A DNA stretch of 26,799 nucleotides from Deferrisomatales bacterium (GTDB lineage: Bacteria; Desulfobacterota; Deferrisomatia; Deferrisomatales; JACRMM01), in assembly GCA_033551855.1 (NCBI GenBank), contig JAWSUI010000049.1, forward strand, positions 1 through 26,799, given 5' to 3'. The notes under the pieces are model-generated. The model was not told where the DNA came from and did not search any database. It saw nothing but the letters and a program-made list of their open reading frames with translations. The stretch's first letter is position 1. Each line of letters starts with the position of its first letter. Both the position numbers and the translations under genes were made by a program. Below are positions 15,484 to 24,047 of the stretch, piece after piece.

Positions 15484-16875
15484 TCAGGGCTCCGGGAGCA
15501 TCTTGCCCGGGTTGAGGATGCCCTTGGGGTCCAGGGCCGCCTTGATGCGCCGCATGTACTCCAGGGCGGCGCCGTGCTCCGCCGCCACGAAGGGCAGCTT
15601 CCCCACCCCGATGCCGTGCTCCCCCGTGCAGGTCCCCCCCACGGCGATGGAGTGCTCGACGACCTCCCGGTTCACCCGGCCCACCGCCGCCTTGGCCTCG
15701 GCGTCCGCGGGGTGGTACATCAGCCCCAGGTGCAGGTTCCCGTCCCCGGCGTGACCCCAGAAGAACCCCGTCACCTTCTCCCGGGCGACGACCTCCTTGG
15801 CCTTGTCCACCATCTCGGCGTACCGGCTGATGGGCACGCAGGTGTCCACCAGGAGCACCATCTGCCCCGGGTGGTTCCGCTTGATGGACTCCAGGGCGCC
15901 GTGGCGCACCTCCCACAGGCGCGCGCGCTCGTCCGCCCCCACGCCCCGCTCGATCTTCAGGGCCCCGTGCTCCTGGAGCACGGCCTCCACCATCTCGTAC
16001 TGGCTGGCCAGGGCCGACTCGTTCACGTTGTGGAACTCGAGGAAGAGCATGGGCTTCTCGTCGAGGTCCATCTGCTGGTCGCGGTTGATCTCCGCCACCA
16101 CGGCGTCGTCCATGAGCTCCAGGGCCGCGGGGTTCAGCCCGTAGCGGATGGTGTCGCTCACCGCCGCGCAGGCGTCGTGCACCGCGGGGAAGGTGGCCAC
16201 GACGGTCAGGTACTCGGGCGGCAGGCCCTTGAGCCGCAGGGTGGCCTTGGTCACGATCCCCAGGGTCCCCTCGCTGCCCACCAGGAGGTGGCGCAGGTCG
16301 TACCCCGAGGAGCTCTTGATGGCCCGGCTCCCGACCTTGAGCACCTCCCCGTCGGCCATCACGACCTCCATCCCCAGGATGCAGTCCCGCGTGGCCCCGT
16401 AGGCCACCGTGCGCACCCCGGAGGCGTTGTTGCCGATCATCCCGCCGATGGCGGCCCAGGCCCCGGGGTCCGGCGGGAAGAACAGCCCGTGGTGCCGGAG
16501 CTGGTTGTTCAGGTCCCGGTACTGGATCCCCACCTCCACGTCCACCTGGAGGTCCTTCTCGCGGACCTCGAGCACGTGGTTCATCTCGGTGAAGTCGAGC
16601 ACGATGCCGCCCTTGACCGGGATGGGGTTGCCTTCCAGGCTCGTCCCCGCGCACCAGGGGGTCACCGCGTACCCCTTCTGGTCCGCGAGCTTCACGGCCG
16701 CCACCACATCCTCGGTCTTCTGGGGCCACACCACCACGTCGGGCCGGTGGGGCTCGTGGTAGCTCTCGTCCCGGGAGTGGAGGTCGAGGTTCGACTCGCC
16801 GGTGGAGACGTAGGACTCGCCGACCGCCTGCTTGAGATATGCGACGTCTTCGGGCGTCACGACGGGGTAGCTCAT
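15484..16875 (-). CDS. FAD-linked D-2-hydroxyacid (D-lactate/glycolate) dehydrogenase, GlcD/Dld family
   Basis: GTSLEG, FFPPDPGA.A.IGGMI.NNASG, GYDL..L.VGSEGTLG, GHAGDGNLH, GEHGIG.GK, LDP.GILNPGK; true start MSYPVV at 16875. Confidence 0.93.
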   Translation of the reverse strand: MSYPVVTPEDVAYLKQAVGESYVSTGESNLDLHSRDESYHEPHRPDVVVWPQKTEDVVAAVKLADQKGYAVTPWCAGTSLEGNPIPVKGGIVLDFTEMNHVLEVREKDLQVDVEVGIQYRDLNNQLRHHGLFFPPDPGAWAAIGGMIGNNASGVRTVAYGATRDCILGMEVVMADGEVLKVGSRAIKSSSGYDLRHLLVGSEGTLGIVTKATLRLKGLPPEYLTVVATFPAVHDACAAVSDTIRYGLNPAALELMDDAVVAEINRDQQMDLDEKPMLFLEFHNVNESALASQYEMVEAVLQEHGALKIERGVGADERARLWEVRHGALESIKRNHPGQMVLLVDTCVPISRYAEMVDKAKEVVAREKVTGFFWGHAGDGNLHLGLMYHPADAEAKAAVGRVNREVVEHSIAVGGTCTGEHGIGVGKLPFVAAEHGAALEYMRRIKAALDPKGILNPGKMLPEP

Positions 16876-16892
16876 GGGGCACCTCGCACGGA

Positions 16893-18236
16893 TCACCTGC
16901 CTCCGAACACGATGGACGGCAGCCAGGTAATGATTCCCGGGAACAGGACCAGCAGGATCAGGCCGATGAGCTGGAGGCCCACGAAGGGCAGGATGCCCCG
17001 GTAGATGTCCCCCATGGTGACCTCCGACGGGGCCACCCCCTTGAAGTAGAAGAGGGCGTACCCGAAGGGCGGCGTCAGGAACGACGTCTGCAGGTTCACG
17101 CACACCAGCATCGCGAACCACAGGGGGTTGAAGTCCAGGTTCATGGCGATGGGCGTGAAGATGGGCACCACCACGAGGAGGATGGCGGCCCAGTCGATGA
17201 ACATCCCCAGCAGGAAGACCACGGCCATCATGATCGCCAGGACCACGTAACGGCTCACTTCCATCCCCAGGAGGGCGTCGGAGACCACGTCGCCGCCCCC
17301 CACGAAGATGAAGACCACGCTGAAGAGCTTCCCCCCCACGAAGAGGAGCATGATCATCGCCGTGGTGCGCGCCGTGGAGAGGCTCGCGGTCTTGATCACC
17401 TGCCAGTCGAGCTTCCGGCTCACCAGGGCCAGGGCCAGGGCGCCCATGCAGCCCAGGGCCGCCGCCTCGGTCGGGGTGGCCACGCCCCCCAGGATCGCGC
17501 CCATGACGATCAGGATCAGGCTGAAGGGCGGCACGAAGCTCTTCATCGTCATGCCGACCTTCTGCCACACGGTCGCCGTGCGCTCCTCCCGGGGGATGGG
17601 CGGGCCCAGGGCGGGCTTCAGGTAGCAGAGGGCGACGACGTAGGCGACGTACAGGCCCGAGAGCAGGAGCCCGGGGAAGATGGCCCCGGCGAAGAGGTTG
17701 CCGACCGAGGTCTCCTTGAGACCCGTGAGGCCCCCGTAGACGACGAGCATGATGCTGGGCGGGATGAGGATCCCGAGGGTGCCCGAGGAGCAGATGATCC
17801 CCGAGGCCAGGCCCCGGTCGTACCCCTTGCGCACCAGGGCGGGCCCGGCCATCAGGCCCATGGCCACCACCGAGGCCCCGATGATGCCCGTGGTGGCGGC
17901 GAACACCGTGCTCACGAGGATCACGGCGAGGCCGAGACCTCCCCGCAGGCCCCCCAGCACGATGTAGAGGGCCTCGAAGAGGCCCTCCGAGACCTTGGAG
18001 CGGTCCAGCACCTGGGCCATGAAGATGAAGAGCGGCACGGCCACGAGCACGTAGTTCTGCTCGATCCCCCAGATGTTGTTGACGAACAGGTCCAGGAGCG
18101 CAGGCACGTTGAACCCGTTGTCGATCAGCCCGAAGAGCGTCGCCACCGCGGCCAGGGTGACGGCCAGGGGGTGCCCCAGGACGATGGCCACCACCAGGGT
18201 GGCGAACATGAGGACGGTGAGGATCTCTGGGCTCAT
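16893..18236 (-). CDS. dctM: TRAP transporter large permease DctM
   Basis: LVAVPLFIFM, AATTGIIGASV, GTLGILIPPSIMLVVY, ATPTEAAA, QTSFLTPPFG.ALFY. Confidence 0.96.
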   Translation of the reverse strand: MSPEILTVLMFATLVVAIVLGHPLAVTLAAVATLFGLIDNGFNVPALLDLFVNNIWGIEQNYVLVAVPLFIFMAQVLDRSKVSEGLFEALYIVLGGLRGGLGLAVILVSTVFAATTGIIGASVVAMGLMAGPALVRKGYDRGLASGIICSSGTLGILIPPSIMLVVYGGLTGLKETSVGNLFAGAIFPGLLLSGLYVAYVVALCYLKPALGPPIPREERTATVWQKVGMTMKSFVPPFSLILIVMGAILGGVATPTEAAALGCMGALALALVSRKLDWQVIKTASLSTARTTAMIMLLFVGGKLFSVVFIFVGGGDVVSDALLGMEVSRYVVLAIMMAVVFLLGMFIDWAAILLVVVPIFTPIAMNLDFNPLWFAMLVCVNLQTSFLTPPFGYALFYFKGVAPSEVTMGDIYRGILPFVGLQLIGLILLVLFPGIITWLPSIVFGGR

Positions 18237-18296
18237 GTGCGCTCTTGTCCGTCGCGATGGGTGGGGGCGCGCAGGTCGCGGCCCCTCGTCCCCGGT

Positions 18297-18788
18297 CTAC
18301 TGCCTGAGGGTCCGCAGGTCCTGGAGCAGCTTCGCCAGCCCCTGGAGCCAGAACAGGGCGAACCCCGCCGCCATGAGAATCTTGTAGGGGTAGATCCTCG
18401 GCGCCCAGGAGGTCCAGGAGAGCTCCCCCTGCTGCCAGGAGGTGTGCGCGTAGAAGATGCTCCACAACGTCAGGAGCCCGACGGAGGGCAGGAAGACCGT
18501 CAGGTTCAGGATCACCCGCAGCACCGCCCGGGGCCGCGGGGGCATCCGCGCCTCGAAGACGTCGATGGCGACGTGCCCGTCGTGCTTGTGGGCGTACCCG
18601 AAGGCCATCACGAAGTGCACGCCGTAGATGAAGGTCGTCATCTCGAACGCCCAGACGGTGGGGGCCTTCAGGGCGTACCGCATGAAGACCTCGTAGAAGG
18701 TCACCCCCACCATGGGGAGGATCAGGTAGGCGGTCCACACCCCCACGTGCTCGTTCAGGGCGTCGATCCAGCGTGCGAGGGCCTGCAT
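18297..18788 (-). CDS. dctQ: TRAP transporter small permease DctQ
   Basis: Four TM segments; YEVFMRY...PT.WAFE, HVAIDV; AGGAGG RBS. Confidence 0.95.
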   Translation of the reverse strand: MQALARWIDALNEHVGVWTAYLILPMVGVTFYEVFMRYALKAPTVWAFEMTTFIYGVHFVMAFGYAHKHDGHVAIDVFEARMPPRPRAVLRVILNLTVFLPSVGLLTLWSIFYAHTSWQQGELSWTSWAPRIYPYKILMAAGFALFWLQGLAKLLQDLRTLRQ

Positions 18789-18811
18789 CGGCCTCCTCCT
18801 CGGGAGAGAGG

Positions 18812-18844
18812 GCGCCCCGCCGGGGTTACACCCCGGCGGGGCGC
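18812..18844. terminator. Perfect 15-bp GC hairpin between dctP and dctQ (mRNA stabiliser or partial terminator)
   Basis: GCGCCCCGCCGGGGT-tac-ACCCCGGCGGGGCGC; no U tract on the minus strand. Confidence 0.6.
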
Positions 18845-18860
18845 AAACGCCTCCGGGTGA

Positions 18861-20027
18861 TCAGTGCAGGTGCTTGCCCTGGATGAACATCTCATAGGGC
18901 CAGGGGGCCAGGCCGCTGCGCTCCTCGCGCCACCCGGCGAAGTCCTTCTTGAACTGGTCCTGTGAGTCCAGGACCTTCTTCACGTCCGGGAACTTCTCCT
19001 TCAGTCCCTGGAGGTACTCGTGGGAGACCTTGGCGAAGGCGTTGATCGTCTCGGGGTCCATCCGCACGAACTCCACCTTCTGCTTGAAGAGCTCGATGGC
19101 CTGCACGTTGAGGTTCTCGACCCAGTACTGGGACCACATCTGGGTCTCCTTGGCCGCGATGTCGACGATCCACTTGAGATCGTCGGGGAGCTTCTTCCAC
19201 GAGTCCATGTTGATCGCGATGGTGCACTGGGTGCCCGGCTGGTGCACCCCCGGCTGGATGACGAACTTCGTGATCTCGTCGAAACCCATGGGGTAGTTGA
19301 TGGACGGGGAGCTGAACTCGGCGGCGTCGATCACGCCGCGCTCCAGGCCCAGGTAGATCTCGCCGCCCGGCAAGGGGATGACGCTCGCGCCGAGGTTGTT
19401 GAGGATGTCCATGTACCAGCCGACCGTGCGCACCCGCATGCCCTTGAAGTCCTCCTGGGTGCTGGCCCGCTTGTTGGAGAAGAGCCCGAGCTCCTGGCCC
19501 ACCTGGCCGCCCGGGAGCGCGTACATGTTGAAGCGTCCGAAGAGCTCCTGGAACATCTCGAGCCCGCCCCGCTCGTAGAGCCAGATGTTGTACCCCTCGG
19601 CGTCGAGCCCGAAGGGGACCGAGGCGAAGGCCACGAAGGCCTCGTTCTTCCCCTTCCAGTACCCGGGCCAGTCGTGCATGAGGTCGGCCGAGCCCTTGCT
19701 CACCGCGTCGAAGCTCTCCATCGCCCCCACGAGCTCGCCCGCGCTGTAGACCCGGATCTCGAGCCGGCCGCCGGAGGCCAGCCGCACGGAGTCGGCGAAG
19801 TGCTGGGCCATGTCGTAGAAGAGCAGGCCCTTCGACCAGGGCATGACCATGCGCCAGCGGATCTTGTCCTTGCTGGTCTCCACCTTGAGGTTCTTCACCT
19901 GCTCGTGGCGCTTGTCGACGCCGAACTTCTCCCGCTGCTTCTTCTCCTGGGCGAGCGCCGGTCCGGCCGCGAGGCAGATCGCGGTGACGGCGGCCAGGAT
20001 CCCGAGTGCCCTTCTTCCCCTTCGCAT
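18861..20027 (-). CDS. dctP: TRAP substrate-binding protein DctP (TakP / lactate-2-oxoacid-binding type)
   Basis: Signal peptide ending ALA-Q; SGGRL.I..YSAGELV, YWKGK, VPFG, GQELG, GMRVRT.G, GGEIY..LERGVIDAAEF, HQP; AGGAGG RBS before ATG 20027. Confidence 0.93.
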   Translation of the reverse strand: MRRGRRALGILAAVTAICLAAGPALAQEKKQREKFGVDKRHEQVKNLKVETSKDKIRWRMVMPWSKGLLFYDMAQHFADSVRLASGGRLEIRVYSAGELVGAMESFDAVSKGSADLMHDWPGYWKGKNEAFVAFASVPFGLDAEGYNIWLYERGGLEMFQELFGRFNMYALPGGQVGQELGLFSNKRASTQEDFKGMRVRTVGWYMDILNNLGASVIPLPGGEIYLGLERGVIDAAEFSSPSINYPMGFDEITKFVIQPGVHQPGTQCTIAINMDSWKKLPDDLKWIVDIAAKETQMWSQYWVENLNVQAIELFKQKVEFVRMDPETINAFAKVSHEYLQGLKEKFPDVKKVLDSQDQFKKDFAGWREERSGLAPWPYEMFIQGKHLH

Positions 20028-20140
20028 GCTGTCCTCCTTTTCCCCTGACGGGTGTGGGTGGGCCAAGCTTGCCCCCGTGCGGAACGGGCGCGAGTCTACC
20101 GGGCGGCCCCCAGGCCGCAAGAGTTCGCCCCCAATCCTTT

Positions 20141-21793
20141 CTAGTGCGAGCCGCCCCCGGCCGTCCGCCTCTTCGCGCGGTCCAGCTCGCGCAGGGTGTC
20201 CCGCTTGATCTTGCCGGTGGCCGTCATGGGGAGCTCGGCCAGGAACTCGATCTCCCGGGGGTACTCGTGGGCGGCGAGCCGGCGCTTGACGTGCTCCTGG
20301 ATCTCGGCGGCGAGCTCCCGGCTCGGGGAGCGGTCCGGCCGGAGGACCACGTAGGCCTTGACGATCTCGTTGCGCAGGGGGTCCGGGGCCCCGATCACCG
20401 CCGATCGCAGGACCGCGGGGTGCCGGGAGAGGGACTCCTCGATCTCCGACGGGCCGATCCGGTACCCGGCGCTGTTGATGAGGTCGTCCTCGCGGCCCTT
20501 GTACCAGAAGTACCCGTCCTCGTCCCTCGCGGCGATGTCGCCGGTGAGGCACCACTCCCGCGCGAACTTCCGGGCTGTCGCCTCGGGGTTTCCCCAATAC
20601 TCGAGGAACATCACCGGGTCCGGCCGGCGCACCGCCACCTGGCCGCGGGTCCCCGGCGGCAGGGGGTTGCCCTGGTCGTCCACCACCTCGACGGTGTGCC
20701 CGGGGACGGCCACCCCCATGGAGCCCGGGCGGACCTCCAGGATCCGGGAGCAGTTGCCGACGATCAGGTTGACCTCGGTCTGGCCGTAGAACTCGTTGAC
20801 GGTGAGCCCCAGGGCCTCGCGCCCCCAGGCGAGCGTCTGCTCCCCGAGGGTCTCCCCGCCGCTCCCCACGCTGCGCAGCCGAAAGGCGTGACGCTCGGCG
20901 GGGGCGGGCACCTGCTGCATCATCTTGAGGGCGGTGGGGGGCATGAAGACGTTGCGGACCCGGTGGCGGGCCAGCAGGCCGAAGGCCTCCTCGGGGTCGA
21001 ACTTGCGGGAGCGGTGGGCGAGCACCGGCACCCCGTGGTGCCAGCTCGGCAGGAGCACGTCGATCAGGCCCCCGATCCAGGCCCAGTCCGCGGGGGTCCA
21101 GAAGAAGTCGCCCGGCTCCGGGAAGAGGTTGTGGGGGAACTCCACCCCGGGGAGGTGGCCCAGGAGCACCCGGTGGGCGTGGAGGGCCCCCTTGGGGGGG
21201 CCGGTGGTGCCGGAGGTGTAGATGATCAGCGCCGGGTCGTCCGCCCGGGTGGCCGCCGGCTCGTAGGCGTCGGACCCCTTCTCCAGGAGGTCGGGGAACC
21301 GGTGCACCCGGTCCGGCGTCTCCCCCTCCGTGACCAGCACCGCCTCGAGGGCCGGCAGCCGTTCCCAGATCCCCAGGAGCTTGGGCAGGTTCTCGGCGTC
21401 GGTCACCACGGCCTTCGCGCCGCTGTTCTCCAGCCGATACTCCAGCGCGTCCGGCCCGAAGAGGGTGAAGAGCGGTACCGCGATGCCCCCCAGCTTGTAG
21501 GTCGCCACGTGGGTGATCGCGGCTTCCGGGCACTGGGGCAGCAGGATGCCGATCCGGTCCCCCCGGGTCGCGCCCAGGGCCCCCAGGGCGTTGGCGAGGC
21601 GGTTGGAGAGCCGCTTGAGCTGGGCAAAGGTGTAGCGGACCGGCTCGCCGGTCTCGGCCTGGAAGACGAGCGCCAGGCGCCCCTCGTCGCCGGCGTGGCA
21701 GTCGCACACGTCCACGCCGATGTTGTAGCGCTCGGGAACGTGCCAGCGGAAGCTGCCGGCGACGGCGTCGTAGCTCTCACCCTTCCCGAGCAT
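20141..21793 (-). CDS. AMP-forming acyl-CoA synthetase (short/medium-chain, ACSM-like)
   Basis: YTSGTTGPPKG, WTPADWAWIGG, EFYGQTE, TGD, GREDDLI...GYRIGP.EIE, LPMT.TGKI; AGGAG RBS before ATG 21793. Confidence 0.94.
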   Translation of the reverse strand: MLGKGESYDAVAGSFRWHVPERYNIGVDVCDCHAGDEGRLALVFQAETGEPVRYTFAQLKRLSNRLANALGALGATRGDRIGILLPQCPEAAITHVATYKLGGIAVPLFTLFGPDALEYRLENSGAKAVVTDAENLPKLLGIWERLPALEAVLVTEGETPDRVHRFPDLLEKGSDAYEPAATRADDPALIIYTSGTTGPPKGALHAHRVLLGHLPGVEFPHNLFPEPGDFFWTPADWAWIGGLIDVLLPSWHHGVPVLAHRSRKFDPEEAFGLLARHRVRNVFMPPTALKMMQQVPAPAERHAFRLRSVGSGGETLGEQTLAWGREALGLTVNEFYGQTEVNLIVGNCSRILEVRPGSMGVAVPGHTVEVVDDQGNPLPPGTRGQVAVRRPDPVMFLEYWGNPEATARKFAREWCLTGDIAARDEDGYFWYKGREDDLINSAGYRIGPSEIEESLSRHPAVLRSAVIGAPDPLRNEIVKAYVVLRPDRSPSRELAAEIQEHVKRRLAAHEYPREIEFLAELPMTATGKIKRDTLRELDRAKRRTAGGGSH

Positions 21794-21888
21794 GTGCCTT
21801 CTCCTGCCGGCAGGGGGGTCGCGAGGGCGGTCCCGGGCGTCGATTCCGGTTCCCCCGGGGCGGGCGGTGGGGCCTCCCCGGGGGGTCA

Positions 21889-21907
21889 TGGTCAAATGAT
21901 CTGACCT
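21889..21907. promoter_or_regulatory. Putative FadR/GntR operator
   Basis: Palindrome GGTCA-N7-TGACC (21890-21906) containing TGGT-N3-ACCA-like half sites, just downstream of a -10 element. Confidence 0.6.
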
Positions 21908-21910
21908 CTG

Positions 21911-21939
21911 CTTCTAAACCATGGTTTGGGCAGTGTCAA
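21911..21939 (-). promoter_or_regulatory. Sigma70 promoter of the acyl-CoA synthetase-TRAP-dehydrogenase operon
   Basis: Minus strand TTGACA-N17-TAGAAG. Confidence 0.6.
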
Positions 21940-22015
21940 GAGAATTGGCCGTGGGCTGCACTCTTCTCCCCTTGCCCCTCGACACGCCCGGTTGTAGCGT
22001 GCTATGAGGTGAAGG

Positions 22016-22026
22016 CGGTATGACCA
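22016..22026. promoter_or_regulatory. Second putative FadR-type operator (autoregulatory)
   Basis: CGGT-ATG-ACCA, one mismatch from TGGT-N3-ACCA, in the regulator's leader. Confidence 0.5.
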
Positions 22027-22048
22027 GAAGCGCCCCCGGGGAGGAACC

Positions 22049-22822
22049 ATGGCCTTCGACCGGGTCCGGTCGCCGAAGATCTCCGACGCCATCGTGCGCC
22101 AGCTGGAGTCCCTCATCCTCGAGGGCACCCTCAAGCCGGGGGAGCGCCTCCCCCCGGAGCGCGACCTGGCCCACCGCCTCGAGGTCTCGAGGCCTTCCCT
22201 GCGGGAGGCCCTCCAGAAGCTCGAGACCCTCGGCCTGGTGGAGACCCGCCAGGGCGGCGGGACCTACGTGGGGGCCGTCCTGGCGCCCACCCTCACCGAC
22301 CCCCTCGTCCACCTCTTCCAGCGCCACCCCGAGACGGTGTACGACCTCCTGGAGTTTCGCCAGGCCCTGGAGGGGATCGCGGCGTACTACGCGGCGATCC
22401 GGGCGACGGACGCGGACCGGCGGATCCTCGAACGCCGGTTCGGGGCCATGGAGGAGGCCCACCGGCGGGCCGACCCCGTCGCCGAGGCCGGGGCCGACGC
22501 GGCGCTCCACCTGAGCGTCGCCGAGGCGGCCCACAACGTGGTCCTCCTGCACATCATGCGGGGGCTCTTCGATCTCCTCCGCCGGGGGATCGTCTCCTCC
22601 CGGGAGCGCCTCTACACGAGGGAGGGCGTCCGGGAGGTGCTCCTGCGCCAGCACCGCGGGCTCTACGAGGCCCTCGTGGCCGGCGACGCGGAGGCGGCAC
22701 GGACCGCGGCCCACGACCACCTGGTGTTCGTGGAGGGCACGCTCCGGGAGATCGACCGGGAGGAGGGGCGCCGGCTGCGGTCGGAGCGGCGCCTGAGGAC
22801 CCTGGAGGGCGGGGGGGAGTGA
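22049..22822 (+). CDS. GntR/FadR-subfamily regulator (GlcC/LldR/PdhR-like)
   Basis: PGERLPPERDLA..L.VSRPSLREAL..L...GLVETRQGGGTYV wHTH; FCD domain AAHNVVLLHIMR, H..LYEAL...D...A..AAH.HL. Confidence 0.95.
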   Translation: MAFDRVRSPKISDAIVRQLESLILEGTLKPGERLPPERDLAHRLEVSRPSLREALQKLETLGLVETRQGGGTYVGAVLAPTLTDPLVHLFQRHPETVYDLLEFRQALEGIAAYYAAIRATDADRRILERRFGAMEEAHRRADPVAEAGADAALHLSVAEAAHNVVLLHIMRGLFDLLRRGIVSSRERLYTREGVREVLLRQHRGLYEALVAGDAEAARTAAHDHLVFVEGTLREIDREEGRRLRSERRLRTLEGGGE

Positions 22823-22995
22823 GGCTCGGCGACCGGGTGCCGTGACGGGAAGGCGCCGCCGACCGTCGTCGCACGCCGTGGCGGGGTCGATGGCGATCCC
22901 GAGGGCGATGGCGAAGACCGGCGGTCCTGTCGCTGCAGCGTCGGCGGCGAGGAATGCCCGCAGCTCACGGGCTCGATCGAGGAAGGAGGAGCGCC

Positions 22996-23751
22996 ATGAA
23001 GGAAAAGACGGTCCTGGTAACCGGGGCGGCGAGCGGCATCGGGAAGGCGTGCGCCGAGGCGTTCGCCCGGGAGGGCGCCCACGTGCTGGTGCACGACGTG
23101 CAGGGCGAGGGGGAGGCGGTAGCCCGGGCCGTCGGCGGCACCTTCCTCCAGGCGGACCTCGCGAGCATGGACGCCGTGCGCCGTCTCGCCCAGGACGCCC
23201 TGGCCGCCCGGGGCGCGGTGGACGTCCTGGTGAACAACGCGGGGTTCCAGACCGTCTCGCCCGTGGAGGACTTCCCCGAGGACGTCTGGGCCACGATGAT
23301 CCAGGTGATGCTCGTCGCCCCGTTTCAGCTCACCAAGCACCTGGTGCCGGGGATGAAGCAGAAGGGGTGGGGGCGGATCGTCAACATCTCGTCGCTGCAC
23401 GGGGTGGTGGCGAGCCCCTTCAAGAGCGCCTACATCTCGGCCAAGCACGGGCTGATCGGGCTCACCCGCACCGTGGCCCTGGAGGTGGCGGCCCACGGGA
23501 TCACGGTCAACGCCATCTGCCCGGCCTACGTGCGCACCCCCCTCGTGGAGAAGCAGATCGAGGCCCAGGCCGCCACCCACGGCATCGGCCCGGACGAGGT
23601 CATCCAGAGGATCATGCTCGAGCCCGCGGCCATCAAGCGCCTCATCGAGCCCGAAGAGGTGGCCGAGTTCGCCCTCTTCCTGGCCTCGGACAAGGCCCGG
23701 TCCTTCACCGGGGCGGCCCACCTGATGGACCTGGGGTGGACCGCGCGGTGA
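22996..23751 (+). CDS. 3-hydroxybutyrate dehydrogenase (SDR family)
   Basis: TGAASGIG, NNAGFQ..SP.EDFP, S.HG.VASPFKSAYISAKHG, ICP.YVRTPLVEKQI (HBDH-typical Q, H and K residues); AGGAGG RBS before ATG 22996. Confidence 0.9.
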   Translation: MKEKTVLVTGAASGIGKACAEAFAREGAHVLVHDVQGEGEAVARAVGGTFLQADLASMDAVRRLAQDALAARGAVDVLVNNAGFQTVSPVEDFPEDVWATMIQVMLVAPFQLTKHLVPGMKQKGWGRIVNISSLHGVVASPFKSAYISAKHGLIGLTRTVALEVAAHGITVNAICPAYVRTPLVEKQIEAQAATHGIGPDEVIQRIMLEPAAIKRLIEPEEVAEFALFLASDKARSFTGAAHLMDLGWTAR

Positions 23752-23788
23752 CGCCGGAGACCGATTCTGTCGCGATCGGTGCGGGCGG

Positions 23789-23982
23789 CACCCACCCCCC
23801 CTTTGCCCCGCCCCCTTCCAGGGAATAGGGGCCGACCTCGAGGAGCAGCGCAGCCTCGAGAGCCCCCTCTCCCTCAGGGAGAGGGCTGGGGTGAGGGTGG
23901 GGTGGGGCTTGTAGCGACCTGCCCTCGGAGTCGAGTTCGACAACCCATCCCCACCCTCGCCCTCCCCTTGAAGGGGAGGGAA
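23789..23982. repeat. Cluster of CCCTCTCCC/GGGAGAGGG-type REP-like palindromes
   Basis: CCCTCTCCCTCAGGGAGAGGGCTGGGGTGAGGG (~23865-23897), oppositely oriented CCCCACCCTCGCCCTCCCCTTGAAGGGGAGGG (~23949-23980) and a degenerate unit at ~23789-23832, between convergent genes. Confidence 0.8.
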
Positions 23983-24047
23983 GCCCGGCGCCGGGACGGG
24001 AACCGCGGGAGGCGGAAACCCGCACGATCCGAGAGTGAACCCGGAAA

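Noticed and set aside
15484..18738. 1084-aa ORF suggesting a large fusion to the FAD dehydrogenase
   Set aside because: The N-terminal ~620 aa are an off-frame read through dctQ/dctM (Arg/Pro/Gly-rich); the real gene starts at 16875.
18861..21707. 948-aa ORF suggesting a giant DctP
   Set aside because: The upstream part is an off-frame read of the acyl-CoA synthetase; the signal peptide and RBS place the start at 20027.
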